Both the position numbers and the translations under genes were made by a program. This document shows positions 27,119 through 38,338 of a DNA stretch of 64,000 bases, one piece after another; the first letter of the stretch is position 1; the number at the start of each line of letters is the position of its first letter. The stretch lies in the IMG/VR virus record IMGVR_UViG_3300042544_001941; one strand, 5' to 3'. The notes under the pieces were generated by a model that was not told where the DNA came from, made no database searches, and saw only the letters and a program-made list of their open reading frames with translations. This DNA comes from a virus.

Positions 27119-30100
27119 ATGCCAAGCTACGTAGATTTTGATTCAACTAAAAGATTTAGGGATTACATATTAGGTAAGAATTTATCTGTTCCAAATGGTC
27201 CACAAACCTTTAATGCTGGTTCATATACGATTCAGAATCTAAGTGACTCACCTGTTCCTAATTTAGGGGATGTTGAAGCGGAAAGAACAATCAGTTTAGA
27301 TAACACTCAAAATTTAAATATTTTCAAACCTTTAGAGTATTTCGTTAGAGAAACTTTAGATAATATTCCAAGAAGAGCTAACTTGGCTTTATACCCATAT
27401 TTTAGAGGAGGTCAAGATTATAACATTATTGGAATAATGTCAACAAGTAACTACGATACTGAATCTGAGTTATTTAAGTTTGCAGCAAATAATATTAAAA
27501 ACAATCCTAATGGTCCTGTATTTGCGAGAATACAACAAAATTTATACGCGGCAACTGTTGGTAGAGTTAGATTAATTGATGCGTTACAAGGTAACACAAC
27601 AACTGCAATTAATATTGTTACAGGTAGAGAACCATTAGTTGAATTCAATAATAAAATAACAGTTGCAAAAACCTTACCCGGTAAAGCAATTGATTTTTTA
27701 CAAACAGTTTCAGGTGTTGAATTTCCTTGGAGCGAGGTTCCTGGTGATTATTTAACAAACCCAAGAAATCCTGTAAATGTTAGACCTGTTGCACAAAACG
27801 AAGCTCAGGCTATACTTCAGGATGTTACAGGTGCTATAGGTTCTTTAATTGGTATACAAAGAAGACCAAAGGCATCAAGAAAACCTTCAGACTTATTCAT
27901 TGAATATATGGGTGAAGGTCAAAGACAAAGATTATATGATTTATTATCATATTCAACATACGCACCTAACTATACAACAACCGCAAGGTCCCAACAATCA
28001 TCAAAAATATTTTCTTTTGTTGATAAAATAGCTTCAGGTGTTAAAAATCTTTTAGGTGTTGAAGCACCAAAAGGTAGAGCATACATTGGAGATGACAGAG
28101 GTAACGATGTCAAATTTGCAATGAATGATTTTAATGATAGACCCGTAAGAAGTAATTTTTATTTGTCATCAATGTTTGACCCAATCCAAGCGGGGTTATT
28201 TCAAAGAAAAAGAAATATTACTGAAGGTGGACCGATTGGTGGTAAACTGACTTGGATTAGTCAAAAATCAACTAATAAGATTGGTGAACACAACAAAGAA
28301 TTTGCGTCAGAACAATCACAATACGCGGGAACATTATCAACAAACTTTAGATTTAGAGATGATTCAATATTAGGTGTAACACAAGATTTACTTAACACAT
28401 TACCATTTAATGGTATAGAACAAAGGTCACACGTTGCAAATGTAATTGACCAAACAAGTAGAGTCTTTAGAGATGGTAATACCGTTATGTCGAGAGGTTC
28501 TAATGTTAAGTACGTTAATATGTACTCAGGAGAAGAAAGTGGTGTTGAATATTGTAGAGTATGGACCAAAGATAGGTCACACTTGAATTATTCTGACACG
28601 ATGAAAAGAACAGGTCTTATTAGAAAGTACGATTCATCTGTAATGTCAACACCTTACAATTTAAACATATATCCAAATTCGGATGGTAAATCATCATTTG
28701 ATGGGTCAACAAATATTGTAAAAGGTAATGGAGGATTCTACGCTAAGAAATATATGTTCTCAATTGAGAACTTAGCTTGGAAAACATCTAACATACCAGG
28801 TTTTACATATAACGATTTACCTTATTGTGAAAGAGGTAACAATGGTGGACGTGTTATGTGGTTCCCACCTTACGATTTAAAGGTGAGTGAACAAAACGCA
28901 GCTAGATGGGAGGAAAATACTTTCCTTGGTAGACCCGAACCAATTTTTACTTATCAAAATACAACAAGAAATGGTAGTGTCTCTTTTAAAATAGTAGTCG
29001 ACCACCCAAGTATTTTGAACTTATTAGTTAGAGAACATTTTAAAGGTATGTCAGATGAAGAGGCTGACAATTATATTAATGCATTTTTTGCGGGATGTGA
29101 AGATTTAGATTTTTATTCTTTAATTAGAAAATATACAACATTAGACCAAAGTGATATCGAAAACATTCAAAGGTATCTTTCATTTTCAAATGACCCAAAA
29201 ATTATTGAAAAAGTAAGAACAGTAATTGACCCTGTTAAAGATTTAAATGTTCCTGATGTTCCAGGTTCTACACCAACTAAAAGTGATAGTTCAGAAAATA
29301 ATGATGCGGGCGGTCCCGTAAATAAAAAGTTTATTCTTTATTTTAAAAATGACTATCCTAAAAAAGATTCGGGAGAATTACAAGGTAAAAGATTTAAAGA
29401 AGAATATGAACTTTATCAAAGAAGTGCGTATTTGGAAGAATTAGAACAGGGATTATTAACCGGTGATGATGCATTATTTAACCCTAGTCACGCTTGGGGA
29501 CCTAAAAGTCAAAACGATTATAAAATTCTTTATAATGAAGAAACCAAAGTAAGACCGACTGATGCTAAGATTGCTGAATTAACAGGTAAAACCGTTAGTG
29601 AAATAAACAAAGCGTTTGATACATTAACATCAACATATAGTGGATACACAAAAACATTAAGTGATATTAAGGGTTTATTGAAAGATAAAAAAATTCAAGA
29701 AATCAAATTATCACTTCAATCGACAACATCATTTCTTGCCGATAACACATACAATTTAAAACTTTCATATAGAAGAAGTTCAAGTATCATAAAAGACATA
29801 CTTGAAAATATAAAAGGTGAAGGTTCAAAATATGATACATCAAGTGTAAAATGGGGAAAAACACCAAACGAAAAAGATAAAGAAATAGTAGATGAAATTC
29901 CTGCAATTAAATTCAGAGATTTGGGTTATGATTATGATGGTGAATTAAAATTTAATTTCGTTTCAAATAAAGGTGAACAATTTAAAACGACAATTTCAGG
30001 TGATAAAAACATTGATTGTCACAATCAAGAAATTAAAAGTAACAAAGACTTACAAAGAACAGCACCTGTTACATTTTATTGTAGAGAAACAACTGTAGGT

Positions 30101-31933
30101 ATTTCATATAAAACAAAACCTGCAGATAATCCTGCACCTGTACCTACCCCACCACCTGTACCGACTCCACCACCTAATGTACCACCGGTAAATGTTATTC
30201 CTGTTCAAGAACAAGGTAAGAGAGAAAAACCACCACTTGACGAATTAAAGAGAATTATAATGAAGACTTTGGGTGAGTGTTATTACTTCAAACAATTAGA
30301 AGAAACATCACCTGTTGCGTTTAGTTCATTAAAAGAGAAGTTAAAGTACTTCCATCCGGCGTTTCACTCAACAACACCTGAAGGATTGAATACACGTTTA
30401 ACTTTCTTACAACAATGTATTAGACCTGGTGACACAATACCAATTAAAGGTATTAATGATGAGACGGACTTACCGGCTAGAAATACTACGTTTGGACCAC
30501 CACCAATTTGTATTATGAGAGTTGGAGATTTTTATCACTCTAAAGTTATTATTAGAGATGTAAACATTCAATTTGATAATTCACCTTGGGACTTAAACCC
30601 TGAAGGTATTGGTATACAACCGATGATTGCAGATGTAACAATGCAAGTTAGTTTTATCGGTGGTCACGGAATGGAAAGACCTGTTGAAAGATTACAGAAT
30701 GCGTTATCATCAAACTTCTATGCAAATACCGAAGTATATGATTATAGAGCAACTGCGACTGAAGACAGAACTAAATTTAATAAACAAGAACTTGAAAAAT
30801 TGTCAGGACTTAAAACCCCTGTACCAACCAACTTAATTCCAACACCTAATCCTGAAAGTCCAAATAACGTTTCAAGAGGTCAATATCTTGGTGATTTAAC
30901 AGGTAAGGTATTGAATTATGACAAGTTGATAAAAAATGTTTATGGTGGAACAACAAATTATTACACCTCATATATTCAAGCTATAAGTAATATCACAAAA
31001 AAATACGGAAGTAAAATCGCTAGTACATTTTTCTCACCTGTTTATAGGGAGGTAAAAGATTTTACAATTAAAAAGGTTGACAATAGTAATAATGTTACTG
31101 ATTTAAATGTACAATTATTTGGACAACAAAAAAGTGTGAACAAATATACGAGTTATATATTAACAGCATTTAGAGTTAAAATGAGTAATAAATTATCAGC
31201 AACAAATATTACTACAATGTTTGGTTTAAATGACGTTTTAAATAAACCATTAACAGATTATACTGAAACTTATTTAAAACCAATAGTTGCGGATGAATTA
31301 ACTAAAATATTAAAAGAGGCCGCCGACGATAAAACGGCGATTGAACTTGAAACTAAAAGAAATGATTTAATTGCGAATTTAGACAAACTTAATTTTGTTA
31401 TAGATACAACCCACGACGGTAAAGTCTCAGATAGTAATGTTTTTTCAGGAGCAACATTTGATTACGCGTCTTCAACAGGATTCACTAAAAATAAAATCTA
31501 CAGTAGTTATTCAAATTGTGTAGAATTTATTGAGAAAAATGAACCAAAAATGTTAGTAGATATTGATACTACATTAACATTTGATAAAGAAATGACAATA
31601 TCCGACGATAATTTTAAAGAGTTTGTTAGTTTATTACTTTATAGTAAAAAACAAGTTCTTTTAGATACACTAACCAAAAAAGATTCCGTAAATTTTAATG
31701 ATGGGGTAATTAAGACTATTGATAAAAAATTAACCAAATTTTTTGTAGAACCAAAAGCGATTAACGTTAAAGTTGGAAAATATCCTGAACCTAAAAACAC
31801 TAACAAAGTTGAATTTCAAGTTGTAAATGAGGACTTTGTTTTGTCAGGAGAAACTAAAACCAACTTAATAAAACTACATTCTGCAGATGTTAGGTTAGGA
31901 GATAAATTAAACTACTATAAAAAGAAAAAATGA
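27119..31933 (+). CDS. Large baseplate / tube-initiator protein with internal OmpA-like domain
   Basis: WEENTFLGRPEPIFTYQNTTR and PPICIMRVGDFY...WDL...QPMIADV tube-initiator-like segments; YNLKLSYRRSSSI OmpA-C-like motif. Confidence 0.65.
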   Translation: MPSYVDFDSTKRFRDYILGKNLSVPNGPQTFNAGSYTIQNLSDSPVPNLGDVEAERTISLDNTQNLNIFKPLEYFVRETLDNIPRRANLALYPYFRGGQDYNIIGIMSTSNYDTESELFKFAANNIKNNPNGPVFARIQQNLYAATVGRVRLIDALQGNTTTAINIVTGREPLVEFNNKITVAKTLPGKAIDFLQTVSGVEFPWSEVPGDYLTNPRNPVNVRPVAQNEAQAILQDVTGAIGSLIGIQRRPKASRKPSDLFIEYMGEGQRQRLYDLLSYSTYAPNYTTTARSQQSSKIFSFVDKIASGVKNLLGVEAPKGRAYIGDDRGNDVKFAMNDFNDRPVRSNFYLSSMFDPIQAGLFQRKRNITEGGPIGGKLTWISQKSTNKIGEHNKEFASEQSQYAGTLSTNFRFRDDSILGVTQDLLNTLPFNGIEQRSHVANVIDQTSRVFRDGNTVMSRGSNVKYVNMYSGEESGVEYCRVWTKDRSHLNYSDTMKRTGLIRKYDSSVMSTPYNLNIYPNSDGKSSFDGSTNIVKGNGGFYAKKYMFSIENLAWKTSNIPGFTYNDLPYCERGNNGGRVMWFPPYDLKVSEQNAARWEENTFLGRPEPIFTYQNTTRNGSVSFKIVVDHPSILNLLVREHFKGMSDEEADNYINAFFAGCEDLDFYSLIRKYTTLDQSDIENIQRYLSFSNDPKIIEKVRTVIDPVKDLNVPDVPGSTPTKSDSSENNDAGGPVNKKFILYFKNDYPKKDSGELQGKRFKEEYELYQRSAYLEELEQGLLTGDDALFNPSHAWGPKSQNDYKILYNEETKVRPTDAKIAELTGKTVSEINKAFDTLTSTYSGYTKTLSDIKGLLKDKKIQEIKLSLQSTTSFLADNTYNLKLSYRRSSSIIKDILENIKGEGSKYDTSSVKWGKTPNEKDKEIVDEIPAIKFRDLGYDYDGELKFNFVSNKGEQFKTTISGDKNIDCHNQEIKSNKDLQRTAPVTFYCRETTVGISYKTKPADNPAPVPTPPPVPTPPPNVPPVNVIPVQEQGKREKPPLDELKRIIMKTLGECYYFKQLEETSPVAFSSLKEKLKYFHPAFHSTTPEGLNTRLTFLQQCIRPGDTIPIKGINDETDLPARNTTFGPPPICIMRVGDFYHSKVIIRDVNIQFDNSPWDLNPEGIGIQPMIADVTMQVSFIGGHGMERPVERLQNALSSNFYANTEVYDYRATATEDRTKFNKQELEKLSGLKTPVPTNLIPTPNPESPNNVSRGQYLGDLTGKVLNYDKLIKNVYGGTTNYYTSYIQAISNITKKYGSKIASTFFSPVYREVKDFTIKKVDNSNNVTDLNVQLFGQQKSVNKYTSYILTAFRVKMSNKLSATNITTMFGLNDVLNKPLTDYTETYLKPIVADELTKILKEAADDKTAIELETKRNDLIANLDKLNFVIDTTHDGKVSDSNVFSGATFDYASSTGFTKNKIYSSYSNCVEFIEKNEPKMLVDIDTTLTFDKEMTISDDNFKEFVSLLLYSKKQVLLDTLTKKDSVNFNDGVIKTIDKKLTKFFVEPKAINVKVGKYPEPKNTNKVEFQVVNEDFVLSGETKTNLIKLHSADVRLGDKLNYYKKKK

Positions 31934-32253
31934 GTAATCAATATTTTGATAGATACCAATATTTTATAGATGACGGTAGTTTTAAAATAATGCCAGGCAT
32001 TGAAATACCAATTAAGTCTACTGACAAGTATTTTCAATATAAAAAAGGTAAAGATAGACTTGATAAAGCGTCACAGGAATATTACGGAACACCATATTTT
32101 GGTTGGTTAATTATGTTAGCTAACCCAATGGCTGGTAGTGTTGAATTTGAAATTCAAGATAATTTTGTTATTAGAGTTCCATTTCCATTAGTAACGACTT
32201 TACAAGACTATAAAAGAGGAGTAGAATTGTATAAGTTATATTATGGCGAGTAA
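31930..32253 (+). CDS. Baseplate LysM-like protein (gp53 / P2 gpX-like)
   Basis: DRLDKASQEYYGTPYFGWLIMLANP...IRVP. Confidence 0.8.
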   Translation: MSNQYFDRYQYFIDDGSFKIMPGIEIPIKSTDKYFQYKKGKDRLDKASQEYYGTPYFGWLIMLANPMAGSVEFEIQDNFVIRVPFPLVTTLQDYKRGVELYKLYYGE

Positions 32254-35200
32254 AAAAGGAAACACAAACGATATATTAGTTAAGGTCGACCAAAACAATT
32301 TAATGTACATCGACCCTAATAGCGTTGTGTCCGATGGTCAAGTCTTATCAAGAGAAAGTAAACCAGAAGAACTCGTAATGTATGTAAATCTTGAGGCGGA
32401 CCTAATTCCAAGAACAACTTTGGTAACAGGTAATGAAGCAAGTACATTAACATCAATTGCAAAGGGTACTTTCAATTTAATGAGAAATGCGGAAGGAAGA
32501 GACTTTGATTCAAAGTGGACCGACGCATATACTGAATATGACCAAAAAACAAAAAAAGATAAGGACGGAAATAAAATACCAACAGGTGACTTTTATCAAT
32601 TTGATAGTACCGCTCAAAGTTTTGGTATTGAAAGTATTAACGTACAAATACAGGGTGTCAACGTAATACCACAAGTCAATATTAAATTTGTGGATGTTAG
32701 AGGTAAGACACTTTTTGAGTCTCCTGAAAATTCACCATATAAAGCATTTTTCCATTTACCTTGGCCGATTTTTTACTTAACCATAAAAGGTTATTATGGA
32801 AAGGCGATAAGATACAGACTTCACTTAGTTAAGTTCAATTCACGATTCAACTCAACAAATGGTAACTTTGAAATAGAAACGACGTTTGTTGGTTCAACAT
32901 ATGCATATCTAAATGATATTCCGTTGGATGGTATAATGGAAGCACCATATATGTACCCAATTGAAAGTATTAGAGATGGTAAGTTTAATGAGAAAACAAA
33001 AAAATATGATAAGGTAGTTAGAAAAACAAGTAGAGGCTTAACAGTTTTAAAATCCGTTTATGCTGAGTATAGACAAAAAGGACTACTACCAAAAACCTTC
33101 CCCGATAAAACATTAAGGGAAGTTATTAAAATTGCACAAAGATTAGAAAGTATTTTGGAAGAAGAAATATTTTCAAAAACTGCAGACCCAAAAGTATTAA
33201 ATGGTATTCGTGAGTTTGATAACGTTTTAAAAAACTTTGAAAAGGCTCTATTATCTTGGAAATCAAGAAACTTAAGCGCTGAATTTTTTAGAAAAGAACC
33301 AAATGAAGAAATAGAATGGAACGTATTATTAGAGAAAAGTAAACCTGCAACTTCATTAGCGATGCTTACGGGGTCAACACCCGGTACGTTAGAGTTATTA
33401 ATCAAAACTAACGTACAAGCTATGGACAATAACCAAGCGTTTGGTAAAAATAGAGATGTAAAATTATTAAAAGATAAAACTATTAGTACAAGAACAATCT
33501 CAGGAAATGCGTTATTGAATATTAAAAACTTTTACAAGATAGATTCCAAAATTGGTGTTGACATAAATGGAATGTTACAGACATTGTATACAATTCAGAA
33601 AGACTACATTGAAGAAAGAAACAAATTAGAACAACTAATCGAGAAAAAAATGAACGATATCATCAAAAGAAGAGATATCGGAATTGGATTTGAACCAACG
33701 ATTCGTAATGTCGTGGGTTTAATTCTTGCAAGTGCTGACACATATATTAGATTATTAAAAGATACACATTATAAAGCGTTTCAAGTTTCAGAACAAAGAA
33801 AAGATATTCTTAACTCAGTATCAACAGATAGTGTTGGTGAATCAATATATCCTTGGCCTGAAGTTAAAAAACCTGCAACGGGTAAAAAACAAAATGTTTT
33901 AGTTTACCCCGGTTCTTTTGAAATGTCAAAAAAACTACAGAGTTATGATAAGAAATTGTGGCCTGAAGTTGATTTTGTCGAAAACTATCACGCAGTATCC
34001 ACCAAAAAAGTTGAGAGTAATGACTCAAACGAAAATGGTCCTGATTTAATTGACTATATAACAAACAACGATTCTGAATCATTACAAAGAAGAGATATCA
34101 GTATGTTAACACATTTAAACAATGCGATTCCATACGAAGATAAATCAATTGCTTCTATACTATATGAAATATGGGAAAGAGCAACATATATTACAACTAT
34201 AGATTCATTTAGTAACAATACAATACAAGAATTGGCATTGTTAGAATTTGATAATCTTAAAAATAGAATTGCTGAAGATTTTGATATTATTGAAATTTTA
34301 AAAACATCGGTTAAAAATCCTGAAGATTTAAAGAAATATATGTTAGGATTTTCGGCCTATGAAAGATATCCATATTACGAAGACCAACTCCCAACTATAC
34401 CGTATATTAGGGAGTCTTTGGAAGCGGATTTTAAAGTTGAAAAATACGTACCTAAAAATAAATCTTTGGATAACAATAGATATTATCCAAACTTAGCACA
34501 AAACTTAATTAACTATGTTGGTGAGGAGTATAGAGTAAACATATACCCTTTTAATTCAACTGAATATAGTTACAGTTTATTATCTTCAGGATTTACTAAA
34601 AACCAAATACACCTTAAAGGTATGGTTAGGTTAAATACTGTTGAAGATTTTATTTCTTCATCAATTGAACCTGAAATGTGGGTATGGTCTGACCCTGTGG
34701 AATATGTTGTTGATGTATCAGGAAGTACATCAAGAAACACTAAAACAGGTAGAAACTTATTTAATAATTATATCTTTTTTGATACAGTAGATTATCAAAA
34801 CGCACCTACCACGGATTATAGGATGATGATTAATACTCCGTATTTTCATAAACAACTATACAATGATTATCAAAATAGAACATCAAAAGGAAGATATGCT
34901 GGTTCTGCTTACTTACTCTTAAATCAATTAAACTTTAAAGACTTAGCACATCCATTAAAAGATAATTTAAACATTGGATTACAAGCGGTTATAAACACAA
35001 ATGATGAAGGAGTTTTAATGTCTTCAATGTTTAGAGAGATTGGAGCTACTCATTATGTACCATATCATTTAATATTAAAGTGGGGTGCGTTATATCATAG
35101 ATATAAAAAACACATATTAGAAGGTGTGGATATTTTATCAGGTATAACTGAACCAATTGACACTAATTTGTTTTACGATTTAAATCAAAACAGAACATAC

Positions 35201-38095
35201 TCCGTACCATTCACAGGAAGTACATCGGGAAACACAGCTAGTTTTAACGTTATTAGAGGAGTAAACCCGAAAGACTTTGGTTTTTATCCATACTATCATT
35301 CGATATTTCATCAAATAGTTAATGATTATACTTTCTATAATCCATTTATCGCAACGGGTAATACGATGTATACTGAAATGGTTAATAAAGGTGTTATAAA
35401 ACCAATTTACAAAATTGGTGGCGACGGAGCTTGGAATTGGAGTGTTATGATTGATAACTCAAAGTACGATTCTAAAGACCAAAGATATACATTATTACCA
35501 GGTTCAGGACACGTCTATTCAAATCTAACAGGATTTAGTAGAAACGAACAAGATAATTTTAAAACCTATTGGTCAAACTATGACCAAATTTATATGGGTA
35601 ATCAATCACCACTTTACAGTGGAGAAACTTTTAACCCACCAAGTCAATATATGGTAAAGAATAATTCGTTACCATCCATTTCAGCGAACAATAGAAAAAT
35701 TGTTGATTTAATTGCAACATTCAAACCTGAAATATTAGATGTCTTTGAAGATATGTTCATTGAGTTTGCATCAGACACATTAAACGAAGAAGTACCTCAG
35801 TCAAAATATAAATTCAAGTACAACACATTTAAAAAAATACTTAAAGAGATAGTTTCAATACCAAAGTATTCAACAGACAATATTGACAACGCTCCTGGTA
35901 TGAATGAATTTATGCTGAATGCTTATTGGAGACAAAAAGAAAAACTCTATCAAATAACCAATGATATATTAAGTAACGATAATTTGGTTAAGTTAAGTTT
36001 ATCAAACCCTAAAGAAATTAATGCACACGTATTGGGCGGTTTCGCACAAGCGAACGTAGAAAGGTTCTCAACGGGAATTGCGTTTGATTCAGGACAAATT
36101 GATACTGAAACACAGAACTATATTAAACTATATCTTGGAGAAGATATGGATAACTATTATGAAGATTTCTTTAGATATAATAATGTCGAACTTAACGAAG
36201 AAAACATTAAGAGATTTAGATTCCTAATTTACATCTACGCAGGTTTTAGAAAGGCAGGGTATGGAATTAGTAAAGCAACTTTTATAACCTACTTAAGAGA
36301 CAACATCATATTAAAAGATAGTGATGCATTTTCTAAGGTTGGAGGACAAGCAAATAGACTTGCGTTATTCTTAAAAGTATTAATAGGTAGATTCAGTACT
36401 CTGAAAGCGGATAATGTTGAACGAAGATTAAAGATAGATAGAGGATATAATGACGATATAATCAAATTGGAATTATATAATTTCTTTAAATCATTTAATG
36501 ATAAGTGGATTGCGGGTAACTCTATCGGCCAAAGAAACTTATTAGAGGAGTTCTTATTTTTAGATAAGGCAAATGTAGACATTGGTGATTCTGTTTATAT
36601 TGATATTAAAAAATTAATAGAAATTGGTGAACAGAGAAATTCTAAAAAACAAAACCTATACGGTACAATTTCAAATCTTATCTCAAGAACGGGATTTGAT
36701 ATGAGAGCGATGCCTGCTTATATCAATTTCTATGGAACAAATTATAATAACAAATCAAAGATAACACCATCAAAAACGGTTGCTAAAAATATATTTGGAA
36801 CATTCTTGGAAGTGGATTACCAAGATTCATCACCTAAAATCATATTACAATACACAGGACCAACCTCCAAGTATTTGGAAATGAGTGAGGTAAACAAAAA
36901 GATGATGTTTAAGGATGATAGTTTTAACATCCAACAACCAAACAACAATCCTGTATTAATAGCACCTGAGGTGTTTAATACTATAGATTTCTTTAAATCT
37001 AATAAAGCGGTAGCGTTTGAGGTTAGTTTCGGTGACCAAAACCAAAGTATTTTTAAGGGTCTTGAATTAAATCAATCATCGGTTAAAAACACTTCGGAAT
37101 CGTTTGCGGTGTTAGAAAGATTGGGGGCTAGTGAAACAGGTTCAAGTACTGCACAAATTGATATTGGATTATTTGACATTTATAGGTCACAATCCTATAC
37201 TTGCGATGTTACAATGATGGGTAACGTTATGATTCAACCTACAATGTATTTCTATCTTAAGAACATACCATTGTTTAGAGGAACCTATTGGATTCAGGAA
37301 GTAAACCACAGTATTTCAAATAACAACATTCAAACAACATTCAAAGGTACGAGAATACCAATTACATCATTACCTGACCCTAAAGATTCATTTATGGCGA
37401 GTTATCGTGCGTTGTTTGATAAGATGGTATCTAAGGCGGTTGCAAAGGTTAAGGATGAAAATCAAAAACTTGCAAAGAAAACAAATAACGAAAAGGTCGT
37501 ACAAGATAATAAGGGTAACACATATGTTTATGACCCAGGTACTAAAACGGTTAGTGGTGAGAAAATCATTGAGAATGCATCATCAACACCTTATGGTATA
37601 TCGTACAATGGATTTAAAAATGAGAAGTACGTTCAGTTAGTTAAGTTTAACGATGAAGAGTGGTTGAGAGCTAACGTTACAATAATGGGAGGTAAAAACT
37701 ATCCTATTAATAACGACATAGATATGGGATTTGTAAGTAGATATGAATTTATGTCAGGAAACACTAAAACAAGTAGTGTTGTTAAGTGGTCAGAACTTAG
37801 TCCTAATTCAGATAAAGATAAATTCTACTCAACTAAATTCTTGTTTGATAACACAGTAACACCTAATAATATTTTAGAAGGTAGTCCAAAAACTGAATTC
37901 TTTAATCCTGACCCTAAAGTCAATAAAAAAGTGACATTAGGATATAGTTATGATTACACCACAAGAAGATTTATCGGTCCGGTTAATACAGGACCTGCGG
38001 CTGGAATACCATATGGTATAGGAATGTCTAAAGCATTAATGGACGAACTCGGATTATTTGAGGGAGATGTTGTTTATTTCCGATTAATAAAATAA
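32243..38095 (+). CDS. Giant baseplate hub protein (gp27/gpD/VgrG-like) with C-terminal DPBB-like domain
   Basis: YTCDVTMMGNVMIQPTMYFYLKNIPLFRGTYWIQEVNHSI....TTFKGTR hub barrel signature; follows the LysM gene. Confidence 0.7.
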   Translation: MASKKGNTNDILVKVDQNNLMYIDPNSVVSDGQVLSRESKPEELVMYVNLEADLIPRTTLVTGNEASTLTSIAKGTFNLMRNAEGRDFDSKWTDAYTEYDQKTKKDKDGNKIPTGDFYQFDSTAQSFGIESINVQIQGVNVIPQVNIKFVDVRGKTLFESPENSPYKAFFHLPWPIFYLTIKGYYGKAIRYRLHLVKFNSRFNSTNGNFEIETTFVGSTYAYLNDIPLDGIMEAPYMYPIESIRDGKFNEKTKKYDKVVRKTSRGLTVLKSVYAEYRQKGLLPKTFPDKTLREVIKIAQRLESILEEEIFSKTADPKVLNGIREFDNVLKNFEKALLSWKSRNLSAEFFRKEPNEEIEWNVLLEKSKPATSLAMLTGSTPGTLELLIKTNVQAMDNNQAFGKNRDVKLLKDKTISTRTISGNALLNIKNFYKIDSKIGVDINGMLQTLYTIQKDYIEERNKLEQLIEKKMNDIIKRRDIGIGFEPTIRNVVGLILASADTYIRLLKDTHYKAFQVSEQRKDILNSVSTDSVGESIYPWPEVKKPATGKKQNVLVYPGSFEMSKKLQSYDKKLWPEVDFVENYHAVSTKKVESNDSNENGPDLIDYITNNDSESLQRRDISMLTHLNNAIPYEDKSIASILYEIWERATYITTIDSFSNNTIQELALLEFDNLKNRIAEDFDIIEILKTSVKNPEDLKKYMLGFSAYERYPYYEDQLPTIPYIRESLEADFKVEKYVPKNKSLDNNRYYPNLAQNLINYVGEEYRVNIYPFNSTEYSYSLLSSGFTKNQIHLKGMVRLNTVEDFISSSIEPEMWVWSDPVEYVVDVSGSTSRNTKTGRNLFNNYIFFDTVDYQNAPTTDYRMMINTPYFHKQLYNDYQNRTSKGRYAGSAYLLLNQLNFKDLAHPLKDNLNIGLQAVINTNDEGVLMSSMFREIGATHYVPYHLILKWGALYHRYKKHILEGVDILSGITEPIDTNLFYDLNQNRTYSVPFTGSTSGNTASFNVIRGVNPKDFGFYPYYHSIFHQIVNDYTFYNPFIATGNTMYTEMVNKGVIKPIYKIGGDGAWNWSVMIDNSKYDSKDQRYTLLPGSGHVYSNLTGFSRNEQDNFKTYWSNYDQIYMGNQSPLYSGETFNPPSQYMVKNNSLPSISANNRKIVDLIATFKPEILDVFEDMFIEFASDTLNEEVPQSKYKFKYNTFKKILKEIVSIPKYSTDNIDNAPGMNEFMLNAYWRQKEKLYQITNDILSNDNLVKLSLSNPKEINAHVLGGFAQANVERFSTGIAFDSGQIDTETQNYIKLYLGEDMDNYYEDFFRYNNVELNEENIKRFRFLIYIYAGFRKAGYGISKATFITYLRDNIILKDSDAFSKVGGQANRLALFLKVLIGRFSTLKADNVERRLKIDRGYNDDIIKLELYNFFKSFNDKWIAGNSIGQRNLLEEFLFLDKANVDIGDSVYIDIKKLIEIGEQRNSKKQNLYGTISNLISRTGFDMRAMPAYINFYGTNYNNKSKITPSKTVAKNIFGTFLEVDYQDSSPKIILQYTGPTSKYLEMSEVNKKMMFKDDSFNIQQPNNNPVLIAPEVFNTIDFFKSNKAVAFEVSFGDQNQSIFKGLELNQSSVKNTSESFAVLERLGASETGSSTAQIDIGLFDIYRSQSYTCDVTMMGNVMIQPTMYFYLKNIPLFRGTYWIQEVNHSISNNNIQTTFKGTRIPITSLPDPKDSFMASYRALFDKMVSKAVAKVKDENQKLAKKTNNEKVVQDNKGNTYVYDPGTKTVSGEKIIENASSTPYGISYNGFKNEKYVQLVKFNDEEWLRANVTIMGGKNYPINNDIDMGFVSRYEFMSGNTKTSSVVKWSELSPNSDKDKFYSTKFLFDNTVTPNNILEGSPKTEFFNPDPKVNKKVTLGYSYDYTTRRFIGPVNTGPAAGIPYGIGMSKALMDELGLFEGDVVYFRLIK

Positions 38096-38130
38096 AATTT
38101 AAAAATTTCTTGATATTTATATAAAAAGAT

Positions 38131-38334
38131 ATGGAAAATTCAAAAATAAAAAACTCGGTGGACCAATTCTTAAACCCAAAAACTGTCAAGGGAACATCTC
38201 AAGATGGTATGGAAAGAGAAGAGTGTGATTTAGTGACTGGTGAGTGCTACATCATAAGGTCAAAAGACGGAATCGTTGAAAGAATCAATAAAAAATATAT
38301 TACCGAAGACGGTAGACAATTATTACAAGACTAA
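38131..38334 (+). CDS. Small hypothetical protein with C-x6-C motif
   Basis: ECDLVTGEC; late motif at 38114-38121. Confidence 0.7.
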   Translation: MENSKIKNSVDQFLNPKTVKGTSQDGMEREECDLVTGECYIIRSKDGIVERINKKYITEDGRQLLQD

Positions 38335-38338
38335 TATT

